Shown here piece after piece: positions 24,449-35,795 of a DNA stretch of 64,000 nucleotides; position 1 is the stretch's first letter; each line of letters opens with the position of its first letter. Made by a program: the position numbers and the translations under genes. Source of the stretch: Blepharisma stoltei ATCC 30299 (lineage: Eukaryota > Protista > Ciliophora). The notes below the pieces were generated by a model. That model searched no databases and had not been told where the DNA came from. It saw nothing but the letters and a program-made list of their open reading frames with translations. The stretch covers positions 62,001 to 126,000 of the forward strand of contig CBFDEM010000009.1 in the NCBI GenBank assembly GCA_965603825.1, read 5' to 3'.

Positions 24449-25735
24449 ATGTCTAAGCATAGGTTTCCTGAAATCACAAAAGCAAACACAAATCTATTCC
24501 AAGAATCATTCAAATTCAAGCCAAGACGTAAAATGGCATTATTTCAAAATCCTCCAGCTCCAATAATAGCAGTAAATGATTCATCATATCTTCAAAGGCA
24601 GGCGAGCTTTTTCAGTGATTCCCCATATGCCCATAGTCAGTCTTTATCTAAAATCCGATCTTCCTCAGTGCTAACTCTTAATGATAAAACTCCTATAAAG
24701 CTTCGCTCTGTATCTTCAGAACTCAAAAAAAATTATACAAATTCACGAATTCAGCTGAAGCATAAAAAAGGGAAAGAAGCTTCTGTTATAAATTGTTCAA
24801 ATAAATCATTGAGTTCTATAGACTCTACTCAAAAAATCTCAAAATCTAAAACTCCAACAGGAAATATTTTATCGTTAAGTAACTCATTTACTACACTTAC
24901 ACAAGATTCTCGGAGAATCTTGACTCAGTCAAAAAATGACGCTGAAAGCTTAGAAAATAAATTATTGAAGAAATTGAAAAAAATTGAGGAAAACGATTCA
25001 GAATCTATAATGGACAATGATAAATTTAATATTTATCGAAAAATCTTTATAGAAGTCATAGAAAAAGACAAAACTTATGGATCTTTACTGAGACAAATAA
25101 AAGATGGTTATGAGGAATGAATTTCTGTTTGAAAAAATTCTGAAAACAATTTGTGTTTACAAGAAGAAGCCAATGATCTCAATAAGAAAGTAAAAGAATT
25201 ATTAGAAGATAGGAAACTTACAATTAAAAAGATAGAAAAACTTGCTAAAGAAAATGCTGGATTAAGTAGATCATTAGAAGAAAGCGAATCTGGCTACGCA
25301 AAATTGCACGAAAGGCTACTATTAATTTCAAATATAAAAACAGATGATATGCCAAAAGATGAAGACTCATGAAAATACATAGTCGCTGAAAACAAGATTT
25401 TAGTTGACATGTGCAGACATATGAAAGAACAACTAAAAAAATTCCAAACAAAAGAAAAAAAGCTGCTTAAATTGATTTCTGAATTAAAAAATAGAGGATA
25501 CCCTGTAGAAGAAGTCTATGAAAAATGCATTTTGAAGCGAAAAATTGTTAAGGAAGAAAAAACCAATAATAGAGAAAGGAATTCTGGTGAAAATGATGAA
25601 GAATTGCTTATATCAGGACCTCCTAGAAAAGTTGAAAAGCCTGAAATTGTGCCTACTTTAGATCTGAACAATATAAATCATGAAAAGTATTATTCTGAAA
25701 GTTCTGGATATTCCAGTGTGGAAAGTGAATCATAG
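24449..25735 (+). CDS. Coiled-coil protein with TSNAXIP1_N / C6orf118-like domain
   Basis: YRKIFIEVIEKDKTYGSLLRQIKDGYEEW motif; three ORFs joined by TGA at 25118, 25130 and 25370. Confidence 0.7.
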
Positions 25736-25775
25736 GCAAATTTAATAATAGTCACAATTTTTGTTAATAAATTTA

Positions 25776-27272
25776 ATGTTAGGGTTTTCTATAAGAAAGG
25801 TCCATACCGCATTAAAATTCACTCACAATGGACCAAACCTTAAATCAGCAGTGACTCTTTTTGATAAAGAAAAAGGCGCACCAAAGTCAGCAAAATTAAA
25901 TCAAGCAGAGCTAGATGATTTAAAAACATTAAAATCTATATGGACATATCCGAAAGGGACATATGATAGGATTTTATATCAAGAACTAGATGAAAAAGAC
26001 ATTTTCTCTAGCGCTAATAAGACAATCACTGCTTTAAAAGCTAGAAATCTTGAAAATTCCGATGTCTTATTCCCTCGGGGAACAAAACAAGAGGAATTAG
26101 AAATTTGGGCAAATACAGCTTTGCTAAAGAATTATAAATTTTCAGCAAAATCAAGCAAAGAAAATAAAGAAGAGGAAAACGGTGAAGAGAAAAATGATAA
26201 AAAAGAACTGACAGAACTAAATTTGCTTCACAATTTAACAATTGATGAGTCAAGCTGGAATCAATCAATCCACTCTGGGGTATGCGCATTATACGCAAGA
26301 GATCTTTGCAATACCAGAGGAACTGAAGGAAATACTGAATTTCTGGCTGCACAAGCTCAAAAACTGTATTCAGATAATCCTGGCAAGGTTGAAATGCAAG
26401 TTATCAAAGGTGAAGAATTAAGAGAAAGAGGCATGAATTTATTATATTCAGTCGGCAAAGGAGCTTCAACGCCACCATACTTGATTCTTCTTAAGTACAA
26501 CGGAAACCCTCAAAACACCAAGAAACTTGCATTAGTTGGCAAAGGACTGACTTTTGATACTGGTGGACTCAATTTAAAGCCAACCAACTCAATTGAAGAC
26601 ATGTATTTAGACAAATCAGGAGCCTGCATTACGTTATCAGCATTTAAATGGGCAGTCGAAATGTCAATCCCAATCAATCTTACATGCACCTTAGCAATTG
26701 CAGAAAATGCGATTTCCCACAAATCATACAAACCTCTTGATATAATAAAGTCACTTAAAGGCTTAACTGTAGAAATTGGCAACACAGACGCTGAAGGGCG
26801 CTTATGTCTTGCTGACGCTTTTACGTATACTCAGCAGCAGGAAAAGCCTGATACTTTAATAGACCTAGCCACTTTGACTGGAGCTTGTGTAGTAGCACTA
26901 GGTGAGCAAACTGCTGGAATTTTTGGCAATGATAGCGCTTTGATTAATCAAATAATCAAATCAGGAGAATTTTATAAAGAAGATTTATGGCAACTACCTA
27001 TAAGGAAAGAACATAAGAAAGCTATTGAAGGAGCAGCTGCTGATATCAATAACTCTGGAAAATCTAGATATGGAGGAGCCAGCCAGGCTGCATCGTTTTT
27101 ACAGAATTTCATAGAAAAAGATGTGAAATGGGCTCATTTAGATATTGCAGGACCAGCTATGAGCAAAGCAGATAGAGAACAGTTTTCAAAAGGTGGGACT
27201 GGATTTGGAACGCAAACATTAACAAAATATATCCAAAAAAGAGTTGAAGAAGAAGCTAAGGCAAGTAAATAA
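25776..27272 (+). CDS. Leucyl aminopeptidase (M17 family), possibly with mitochondrial presequence
   Basis: VGKGLTFDTGG, NTDAEGRL, DLATLTGA, WAHLDIAG; first ATG at 25776. Confidence 0.95.
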   Translation: MLGFSIRKVHTALKFTHNGPNLKSAVTLFDKEKGAPKSAKLNQAELDDLKTLKSIWTYPKGTYDRILYQELDEKDIFSSANKTITALKARNLENSDVLFPRGTKQEELEIWANTALLKNYKFSAKSSKENKEEENGEEKNDKKELTELNLLHNLTIDESSWNQSIHSGVCALYARDLCNTRGTEGNTEFLAAQAQKLYSDNPGKVEMQVIKGEELRERGMNLLYSVGKGASTPPYLILLKYNGNPQNTKKLALVGKGLTFDTGGLNLKPTNSIEDMYLDKSGACITLSAFKWAVEMSIPINLTCTLAIAENAISHKSYKPLDIIKSLKGLTVEIGNTDAEGRLCLADAFTYTQQQEKPDTLIDLATLTGACVVALGEQTAGIFGNDSALINQIIKSGEFYKEDLWQLPIRKEHKKAIEGAAADINNSGKSRYGGASQAASFLQNFIEKDVKWAHLDIAGPAMSKADREQFSKGGTGFGTQTLTKYIQKRVEEEAKASK

Positions 27273-27397
27273 ATATTTTGCTCTCTTTATTGATGCATCT
27301 TTTTATATTGAATAAATGAGAAATGGATAGAAACTTTTAAATGAAATTTTTCATATTAAAGGGTTAGTTTTATTAGCATCAAAGTGCTGAAATGTGT

Positions 27398-28732
27398 TTA
27401 GCCAAAATTAATATCATCTTCAGTGATAAATTTCATATCAACTTTCTTCGAGTTTAAGTGCTCAATTATGTTTTTACTCCCTACAATTCTTTCACCTTTT
27501 ATTTCAAGAATCGCGTCTCCCTCAATTTCTTTTTCAATTATAGTATCTCCTCTTTCTTTGAATATCTGTAAAATCGGTTCATAATTTTCTCCTTTAAATA
27601 AAACAGGAATTCCTTCTAATTTAATATCAGGAATTTTCATAGCAAGTTCCAAGAATTTCTTTCCTTTATATTTTACATCTTTTGCAATCCTCTCAGTCTC
27701 ATTAACAAGATCCATCAGAGTTTTTATAGAAACTTGTTCAACAATTTGTTTTAAATATTCTTTTTGCTCTCTAATAAGTCCTAGCCTACTTGATATTGCA
27801 AGAATCACATCTTTTGTAGGGAATTTTACGATTGGTCCAAGCAAGCAGGAAGCAGCTTTTAAGTGGCTTCCATCAAATAGCAATGTGATTTCTATAAAAG
27901 GCTGTGTTTCGTCGATTTCATAAATTACATTTGCAAATTGTTGTACATCTACATTTGGAGGCAAATAGATTAAAACTGACTGTGAACATTTCAAAGCAGA
28001 ACTTATTAGTATTGGGAGTTCTGGTCTAAAATTATTCATATCAAAAGATTCTCCACACTTCAAATAATCAGGCGATACAATCGTCAGATCTGCCCTATGC
28101 CCATGAGCAACTTCTAGAAAATCAGCTTCAATAAAAGCGATATTTTCACTAACCCCATAAACTTCAGCATTTATTTGAGCAAAACCTATTTTCACTGGAT
28201 CTATATCAATAGCAATGACTTTGCAATACTTGGCAAATTGTATAGTAAAACCACCAACCCCACAAAGCGCATCAATCACAGAATTAGGCTTTCCTCTTAA
28301 AACTGCATATTTTGCTATTGATTTTACGATCTTTTCATGAGGTGTTACAAGCCAGCTATCCCAATCTAGTTTTATCCCTTCATCATATTTGGAAAAAATT
28401 CTGTACCTTTGTCGTCAATTTTCTTCTTCAATTTCTGGAGGCCTTTCTCCACTTATCCTATGGTCTTCTAAAGACTCTATTGCCATATGTTTAAAAATAC
28501 ACAAAATCTTTTTATTTTCTGCTCCTAATAAGTAAATTTTGTCTGCTGAATAATTCTTGATAGAATAGACATCAGGATCATTGCAAGTCGAGCTTGCAAA
28601 AGTATCAAATGGGCTCATAGAAATATCATCACTTTGATGAGCTTTATTTGACAAACAAAAACACATACAGAGTTTCGCAAAAAATGACCTCTTAGGAATA
28701 GGGAGCAATTTTTCTTTTGTAGTCGATTCCAT
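27398..28732 (-). CDS. Trimethylguanosine synthase (TGS1)-like methyltransferase, divergent
   Basis: TGA at 28415-28417 gives WRQRYRIFSKYDEGIKLD; SAM motif IDALCGVGGFTIQFA and IAIDIDPVKI. Confidence 0.85.
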
Positions 28733-28747
28733 TTATATAAAAAACCT

Positions 28748-29218
28748 ATGAACGACGAAGAACAGTATAGAGAAATTTATAGAATGCTGCTGCGACAAAT
28801 TTCTGTTGGAAGCTTAAGAGTCAGGATTACGGAACTTGCCACTTTTGTAGTTCGGATTCAAAGAGAAGTTGTCCATAGAGATGAAGAAGATGCGTTGAGA
28901 AGACTTGAAAATAGCTTGGTTAATGCTTTTAAAGAGGCTAGTGAAGACCCTGAATATATAACTGAAGATGAATTTGTAAGATGCATGATGGACGTTGACA
29001 AAAAAGCGCCTTGGGATCATTATGATAGATTTTTGAAAAGAACTTATGAGAGTTTGAAATCAACGCCTTTGGGGATCAGAATTGAAGACTATATACAGTT
29101 ATGTGAAAGCGCATTTGGGATTAAGGTCGATGATGAGATGGCAAGAGTGCTAGAAGATAAAGTAGGAAAATACATTGATTTGAAAACGTTTTTGAATTTA
29201 AGTGGAAAATTAGAATAA
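28748..29218 (+). CDS. Small EF-hand-like protein
   Basis: Degenerate EF-hand ends YITEDEFV, IRIEDYI, YIDLKTFL. Confidence 0.6.
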   Translation: MNDEEQYREIYRMLLRQISVGSLRVRITELATFVVRIQREVVHRDEEDALRRLENSLVNAFKEASEDPEYITEDEFVRCMMDVDKKAPWDHYDRFLKRTYESLKSTPLGIRIEDYIQLCESAFGIKVDDEMARVLEDKVGKYIDLKTFLNLSGKLE

Positions 29219-29249
29219 TCCTAATAAAAATTATATTTGAACACTGTAA

Positions 29250-30188
29250 ATGGAAACAAGCATAGAGCAAGATCTTGAAAAATATTATAAAGAACAGTAT
29301 TTTTAATACAGTGCAATACATAAATCAGCAGAAATTAGTCCATCAATAAATAATTTACGGTCAGATAACAAATCACTCTTAATTATCAGAGACTTAGAAA
29401 ATAAAATTCAGGAGCTTGAAGAATCAAACAGATTTTTAAGAAAAAAATTCAATGACTCTGAGCTTAAAAATAATGAACTCTCACAGTCAATTGCTTTACT
29501 TGAAAAAGGATTAAAAAAATCCACTTTAGAAGCTGAAAAATATAAGCACGAGCTTGAATACATTCAACATAACATTCAAAATCCAAAAGAAAATCACAAA
29601 ATTGAAATTGAAGCAGAAACACTTAAGGATGAACTGTCTCATTTCAAAGAAAAGAAAAATCAACAAATCTCTGTTTTAATTGAAACTTGTGAAAAATTAC
29701 AAGAAGAACTGCTAGCATTCAAAGAAAAAGAGAAGAAGTTCAAACTTTACAAAAGAAAATATTTAGCGCTTGAAAGTGCATTAAACCACTTAACAATAGA
29801 GAAGGATAAGAAAATCGATCATTTGCAAAGTAAAATAAAAATATTGAAAAACAAGATTAGTTTTAATACACCTTATTCAGAAAGACATAGCCAAAAGCCA
29901 AGATTTCGATCAAAAAGTCCTGGAACAATATCTCCAATAAGAAGCTCCTCACCATTGACCACATCGAGAACGAGGGCTTCTGAAATGGAGGGTATCAGCT
30001 CCAAAATTTTAGATCTTGAAAGAGCTCAGTTAGAATATAGAAAGAAGCTTACGTCATTATTGGCAGAGCCATCAATATCTAGGAATGAGATAGAGAAATT
30101 AAAATATTTGTTAAAGCAGAATGATGATAAGCTACAAGAAAGCAAAAAAATACAAGCACATATCCTTAGAGATGTATTAAATTATTAA
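29250..30188 (+). CDS. Coiled-coil protein, one intron
   Basis: ATG at 29250; the only in-frame TAA lies in the 15-nt intron 29297-29311, after which the frame runs open into ORF 29823-30188. Confidence 0.8.
29297..29311 (+). other. 15-nt spliceosomal intron GTATTTTTAATACAG
   Basis: GT..CAG, A at position 10, contains the in-frame TAA. Confidence 0.85.
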
Positions 30189-30201
30189 TTATAATAATAA
30201 A

Positions 30202-32580
30202 ATGAGGAAATGCAGATGTAGATGCATGAGGCCATTCTATTATCAAAATCAGCAATTAAAAGATCGTCATCCAGTTCCTTTGAGGAGCATTGATGTTAAG
30301 GTAACAGTAAACAATCTTTTAGCTGTAACTCAACTTTTTCAAGTTTTTCAAAATATTGAAGATCGGCCAATCGAATGCGAGTATGTCTTTCCTATAGAAG
30401 ACGAATGTGCTATAACTGATATAAAAATTCATCTACAAGATGGATCTATTGTGACTGGAATAGTCAAGGAGCTAGAAGAAGCCACAGAAATATACCAAGA
30501 TGCTATATCTGAAGGAAACTCTGCATTTCTGGCGAAGTCTGATAAAAAAGATATGATGACTTTGACAGTTGGGAATTTGCAGCCAGGAGAGACAGTAACT
30601 GTAGAATTCAGATATGCAAGCCCAGTACAAAATAATCTTGATAACTGAAAATTATTCTTACCTAAGTCGCTTACCCCTCTTCAAAAGGGTGAGTTTCTTA
30701 AACAGAAAAGGCCAGACTCTATAAAAGTCAGGGGATGCGCATATGATTTCAACTTTCAATTAGAAATAAATTCAGAAACTGAAATCTTTGATTACTCTTG
30801 CAAACCAGACTATCTATTATGGGAGTTAAACGAAGATAAAACTCAGCTAAAAGCAAAATTCAATGAAAATGCAGAGTTTTATCCTAATTCTGAGCTTGTC
30901 ATTTATTATAAAAATCTAAATGTGAATGCTCCCCAATGTATTTTGCAAGAAGATGAAGGAAATTATGCAGGCCTGATTTCTTTTATTCCTTATGATAGAA
31001 ACGAAGAAATTGAAAATTTAGAAGTAAGCGGAGAATTTATATTATTACTAGATAGGAGTGGCTCAATGAAAGGAGAAAAAATCAAAATGGCTAAAGAAGC
31101 AACGTTAATTTTCCTTAAAAGTTTACCAGAAAAATCAAAATTTAATATTATAAGCTTTGGGAGCTATTATACCCCAATGTTTAAAAAATCTGTGGAGTAT
31201 TCTGAAGATTCGCTAGCTGAAGCAATTGAAAAACTCAACAAATTTAAAGCAGATATGGAGGGAACTAATATTTATGATCCATTATTATCTATATATGAGT
31301 CTTCGCCTAATTCCAAATACCCAAGATCAATATTTCTAGTAACAGATGGCGAAGTCTTACAGCCAGAAAGAGTAATACAATTAATTTTTGATAATTCAGA
31401 ATCTTCGAGAGTTAATGCATTTGGCATTGGTAAAGATGTATCTACAGAACTAGTAAAATCCTGTGCTAAAGCTGGGGGTGGTTTGCACTCTTTTATTAAA
31501 AACCTCAAAGATATGTCAGGAGAAATGATCAATGTTCTAAAAAAATGCATGATGCCTGCAATATCGAATCTTCATATGACTTCAAAAGAAAATATTGTCT
31601 ATTCTCCTCAAAAATTAAAAAATATTTATTATGGAGAAAGGCTTACTATTTATGCACATCTTGGAAATATCATTCCTACTCAAGAAATCTTACTAGAATG
31701 CTTTGATACCAAAGCAGATGAAAAAATTACCTTTTCTGTTAATTTTGGAAATAAAATAGAAGGGAACGATGTTTTTAAATTATGGGCAAAAAATAGAATT
31801 GATGAGTTTACGGTGCTTGAAACCACTGGAAATACTCAAAATATTGTGGAGCTTTCAGTAAAATATCAATTGATCTCAAAATATACAGCTTTTATTGCTG
31901 TAAAAAAGAATACGAGCAGTGCTGGTGGAGAGATGGAATTAAGAGAAATTCCACAGCCAGATATGAGAAGCAAATTTAGAACAAAAGCTAGAAAAACTGC
32001 ATCAATGATTGGTCTATCTGCTGCCTGCAGAGGTAGAGTAAGTATAGGCAGAGGGGGAGGAGGATTGAGCTTTCTATCTAAAAAAACATGGCATGGAGGA
32101 ATTACTATGAAAAAATTGAGTAAACAATGAAAACAAGAATCCTTCAGCCTTCAAGCTGAGGAATCATCAGAAAGTTCTTCAAATTTTAGTGGTGCATTGG
32201 AAGAGCAGGAAACAAGTATCAAATGTGATAAAAGAAAAAGATCTAGAAGTAGATCACTTGAAAAATCTCCAGCTAAAAAAGAAATCGAAGTCAAAGGATC
32301 TATTTATATGCAGCTTCTAACTCTCCAATTATTTGATGGCTCTTGGGATCTTAATAGAGTTTCAAAGCTTCTTAAATGCTCCTCACAAATTCCTCAAGAG
32401 ATTTCATCTTTGCCGGATTCTGAAAAAATCTGGGCAACACTATTAGCTCTTGCTTTCTTACAAAAAAAGCATCTTGACACTAAATCCTCATGGGAACTTA
32501 TAGAAAGAAAAGCATTAAAATGGCTCAAAAAACTTGGAGTTTCTCCTCATTTAATATCATTAGCAATACCTTCTTTTTAA
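30202..32580 (+). CDS. VIT + von Willebrand A domain protein (VWA5A-like)
   Basis: VIT (ECEYVFPI, EATEIYQDAISEG), MIDAS DRSGSM and TDGEV, C-terminal LQLFDGSW..WATLLA..WELIERKALKWL; TGA at 30646 and 32128. Confidence 0.9.
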
Positions 32581-32594
32581 ATGTCTTTTAATAT

Positions 32595-33269
32595 TTAATT
32601 TACGAAATTCTTAACATGTCTGAGCCATTCCATGTAGCACCTATGCTCTTTGTCAATTGAATACATTTCAATAAAAAAAGCTAAATTATCATCAACTCCA
32701 AAGTCCTTCAAATACTCTGTTAGCAAGTTTTGGACCTTTTTGTGAAGATTTACAAATTGAGGACCTCTGTATTCGCCACCTTTTCTACCAAATGTCGATT
32801 GACGCTTTATGTTAGCTAAATTGTCACTAAAAACGACATTGGCAACAGTGATTTCTTGATCCAGGCAAAGACATTCAAAGATGAAACCTGTGTTTGTGTT
32901 CGGTTTCTTAACCAGTACTTGAAAATCTATATAAATTCCTGGCGGTTCATCCTGCTCTAGATTGCTTTGAGATTCTCCAGGCTCATCGGCTTCATCAACG
33001 GATGGAGCTTTTACATGAAAAGTTATTTCAACTTCAGCATCGTTAAATTTCTTCTGGAGAGTAACTAATGTGTGATCTTCGCGTTCGAATAGCTTAAATC
33101 CACTATTTCTCATGTATGATGAAATTTCATCCTCTTCTTTGTATATCTTATGATCATACTCTAGTTCATTTTCAAGAGCCTTTGCTAATCGCTTATGAGA
33201 AATTGAAGAAAATGATCTGAAAGAATTAAAAATTGGACGGGTGAGCATACGCGCTTGTCGAACCAGCAT
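32595..33269 (-). CDS. Mitochondrial acidic matrix protein MAM33 / C1QBP (p32) family
   Basis: Basic presequence; YRGPQFVNL..YLKDFGVD..DKEHRCYMEWL C-terminal signature. Confidence 0.9.
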   Translation of the reverse strand: MLVRQARMLTRPIFNSFRSFSSISHKRLAKALENELEYDHKIYKEEDEISSYMRNSGFKLFEREDHTLVTLQKKFNDAEVEITFHVKAPSVDEADEPGESQSNLEQDEPPGIYIDFQVLVKKPNTNTGFIFECLCLDQEITVANVVFSDNLANIKRQSTFGRKGGEYRGPQFVNLHKKVQNLLTEYLKDFGVDDNLAFFIEMYSIDKEHRCYMEWLRHVKNFVN

Positions 33270-33439
33270 TTTTATTAATAAATAGAAGCCTAAATCTAAA
33301 TAGTAAATGGAAAAATCTGCACAATAGCAAATAGATGATGCACAAGCAATAATGAATAATAGAAAATTATATAAGAGCTTAGATTTAAATTGAATTTTCG
33401 AAGGTAGTGGCTTAAATAATTTATAAATAGTGTATATAC

Positions 33440-33766
33440 TTAGTTAAATGAGGGGGTAGGAGCTTTAATCTTGAGGATATTAAGCTGCAATGATAGTCTA
33501 GATATTTTAGCTTTCAATTCAGCCTTATCTGCATCCCCTTCTTGATAGGCTCAACAGAATCTCTTGTTAAATCTACTTATGATTTCCAACTCCTTTAATT
33601 CTCTACATAGCCTCAGCAAAGAAGAGAATACTGTTGATTTTTTTATAAAGACTTTGGCTATGTCTGAATATGACTTTAGGTCAATTTTGTATGGCCTCTA
33701 TGTATCAATTCATTCTCCAATTTGCTTGCTGCTGAGCCACCACTCAGAGGGTGGGTGGGTCGCCAT
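33440..33766 (-). pseudogene. Possible disrupted small ORF (109 codons, one internal TAG)
   Basis: ATG 33766 to TAA 33440 is open except for two TGA and one TAG at 33698-33700; more GC-rich than its flanks; no homology recognised. Confidence 0.3.
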
Positions 33767-34124
33767 AGTATATTATTGCGTTAATAATTCTATTAAAAAA
33801 ATATTAAATAAGCAATAAAGCATATAGCCCATTTATTATTTATCTTATCTTTTAATTTTAATTATTTTAAAAAACTCATATAAAGTTGAGTCTCTATCTC
33901 TCCTGATTATTATATAAATTAAGCATCATGACTATTTGAATCAGTTAATAATCTCATATATCATTATATTTGCAATGCTGGCAGGAAAATTCATAAATTA
34001 AATACTAAGTCATTTTTTTAAAATTTTTCTATTTTTTAAATCATTAATTTTGTATCCGTTATAAATGGCTGACCAGATATTCTTCATTGATTTGGGCTCC
34101 AAAAAAACCAATCAGTATAATTAA

Positions 34125-35126
34125 ATGGCAAACAAAACAAAAACAGTTGTAGCTGATAAGCTTGGAAATTTCAACACCCTAGGTGTAAAAGAAATGAATA
34201 TTCCTGATGTCCCAGAAGGTTACGTTCTTATAAGAACTGAATTTGCAACACTCAACCCAATGGACGAACTCATGTTTATGGGCAAATATTTCTATCAACT
34301 TCAAAATAAAACTCTTGGTATAGAAGGATCTGGAACTGTCGTCAGAAGTGGAGGTGGGGCTCTTCCTAACTCACTCCTTAATAAGCGTGTCTGCTTTATG
34401 GCTTATGGTCCTAATTCAACTGGTGCATTCTCAGAATTCTGTGTTACTGATGCTAGATTTGTACTGCCAATCAAAGATAATATTCCTTTTGAGCAAGCAG
34501 CCACTATGTTTTCCAACGCATTGACAACCGAACTTCATATAAGAAAAATCAAAAAAGGCAACCATAGAGCAGTCATAATAAATGCAGCTGCCTCCATGAC
34601 AGGAAAATCTCTAATTAAATATTGCTGCTATTTAGGCATTCCAGTTATTGCGATCGTTAGAGGTGAAGAAGATGCAGTTTCATTAAGAACTTGTGGGACA
34701 GAAAATATCATCGTATCCTCAAATGAAGGCTGGTTGGATAGAGCTAAAGACTTATCAAGACATTTAGGAGCCACAATTGCTTTCGACGCTATTTCTGGAG
34801 AGCATACAGGGCATTTATATGAACTTATTCAAGAGCCTGGTGTTGTCTATGTATATGGAGGACTCTCAACGGAGCCGTGCACAATCAACCCTATGTCATT
34901 TTCTCCAAGAAAAAAGCTTAAAGGTCTTTCTTTCATGAAATGGTGGTGCTGCTTACCTACCTTGAAAAGAATTAAGCTCTGTGAAAGAGTTGAAAAATTG
35001 ATGGAGGACATTTTTAATACAAATTATTGTGCAACAGTTAACTTGAATGGTGTGAAAGATGCAATGGCGACTTATCATACTAGAAAGACAGACAACAAGT
35101 TCTTAATCAGAACAAGAACCAATTAA
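34125..35126 (+). CDS. Medium-chain dehydrogenase/reductase (quinone oxidoreductase-like)
   Basis: LNPMD, LGIEGSGTVV, GAFSEF, NAAASMTG, AFDAISG, YVYGGLS. Confidence 0.9.
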   Translation: MANKTKTVVADKLGNFNTLGVKEMNIPDVPEGYVLIRTEFATLNPMDELMFMGKYFYQLQNKTLGIEGSGTVVRSGGGALPNSLLNKRVCFMAYGPNSTGAFSEFCVTDARFVLPIKDNIPFEQAATMFSNALTTELHIRKIKKGNHRAVIINAAASMTGKSLIKYCCYLGIPVIAIVRGEEDAVSLRTCGTENIIVSSNEGWLDRAKDLSRHLGATIAFDAISGEHTGHLYELIQEPGVVYVYGGLSTEPCTINPMSFSPRKKLKGLSFMKWWCCLPTLKRIKLCERVEKLMEDIFNTNYCATVNLNGVKDAMATYHTRKTDNKFLIRTRTN

Positions 35127-35195
35127 TTTTTAGATAATACAGATTTCGATTATAAATTTTATTAGCAAATAATTATTTAAATTAATAATTAAATA

Positions 35196-35594
35196 ATGGA
35201 CCCTGAAATCAGAGGACTACTTAACTCAATAGAAAGGTCCATGAACACTGCAAATGCAATCAAGAAAGCTGCACAAGGAGCAGCAACTGATGTACAGCTA
35301 GCAGAATTAATGTAAAGATTACTTAGAGATAGCTACACTGATTCATTAGACACATTATTGACAACAAGTGCAAACTTAAAAAATGAAATTGGAGACTGCG
35401 GTATACCTTATGAATTACTTGAGTAAAAGCGATTTAGCATGATCTCCAAAGGTGGCAGACCTGAAGATTTCAACAGAGACATCAAAGATAAGACTGAGGA
35501 AGAAATTTCTGAGCTGAAAGCAGAAGCCGAAGCTCTTGGCAATTTTTTCGATGAAATTTCTAAGACATTCAGTAACCAAGAAAATCCTCAATAA
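35196..35594 (+). CDS. Mediator subunit 10 (MED10/Nut2)-like, 122 aa, two introns; absent from the ORF track
   Basis: After removing two 15-nt introns it reads ...IPYELLDMISKGGRPEDFNRD..., resembling MED10 IPLEVxEYIDxGRNPD. Confidence 0.65.
35312..35326 (+). other. 15-nt spliceosomal intron GTAAAGATTACTTAG
   Basis: GT..AG, A at position 10, removes an in-frame TAA. Confidence 0.88.
35423..35437 (+). other. 15-nt spliceosomal intron GTAAAAGCGATTTAG
   Basis: GT..AG, A at position 10, removes an in-frame TAA and restores the ELLDMI motif. Confidence 0.88.
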
Positions 35595-35795
35595 TTTTGC
35601 TAATTATCGGATAACATTTCAGTTAAATTTTTTATGTCTGATATTAAAATAACTAAATCAATTAAAATATAAAGAATCTAAATATCTTTAAAAATACTTT
35701 ATCAATATTGCTAATTAGAACTATTTATGAAGAATCAGCCTTAAAATTTGAATATCCAAAATGAAATATGTAAATTAAAGGAAAAAACCTTAATT

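Noticed and set aside
33700-33766. Antizyme-type +1 frameshift site near CCC TCT GAG
   Set aside because: The shifted frames close quickly and show no antizyme similarity.
33564-33818. Plus-strand 84-aa ORF from the track
   Set aside because: It starts at TTG, has no motif and overlaps the more coding-like minus-strand frame.
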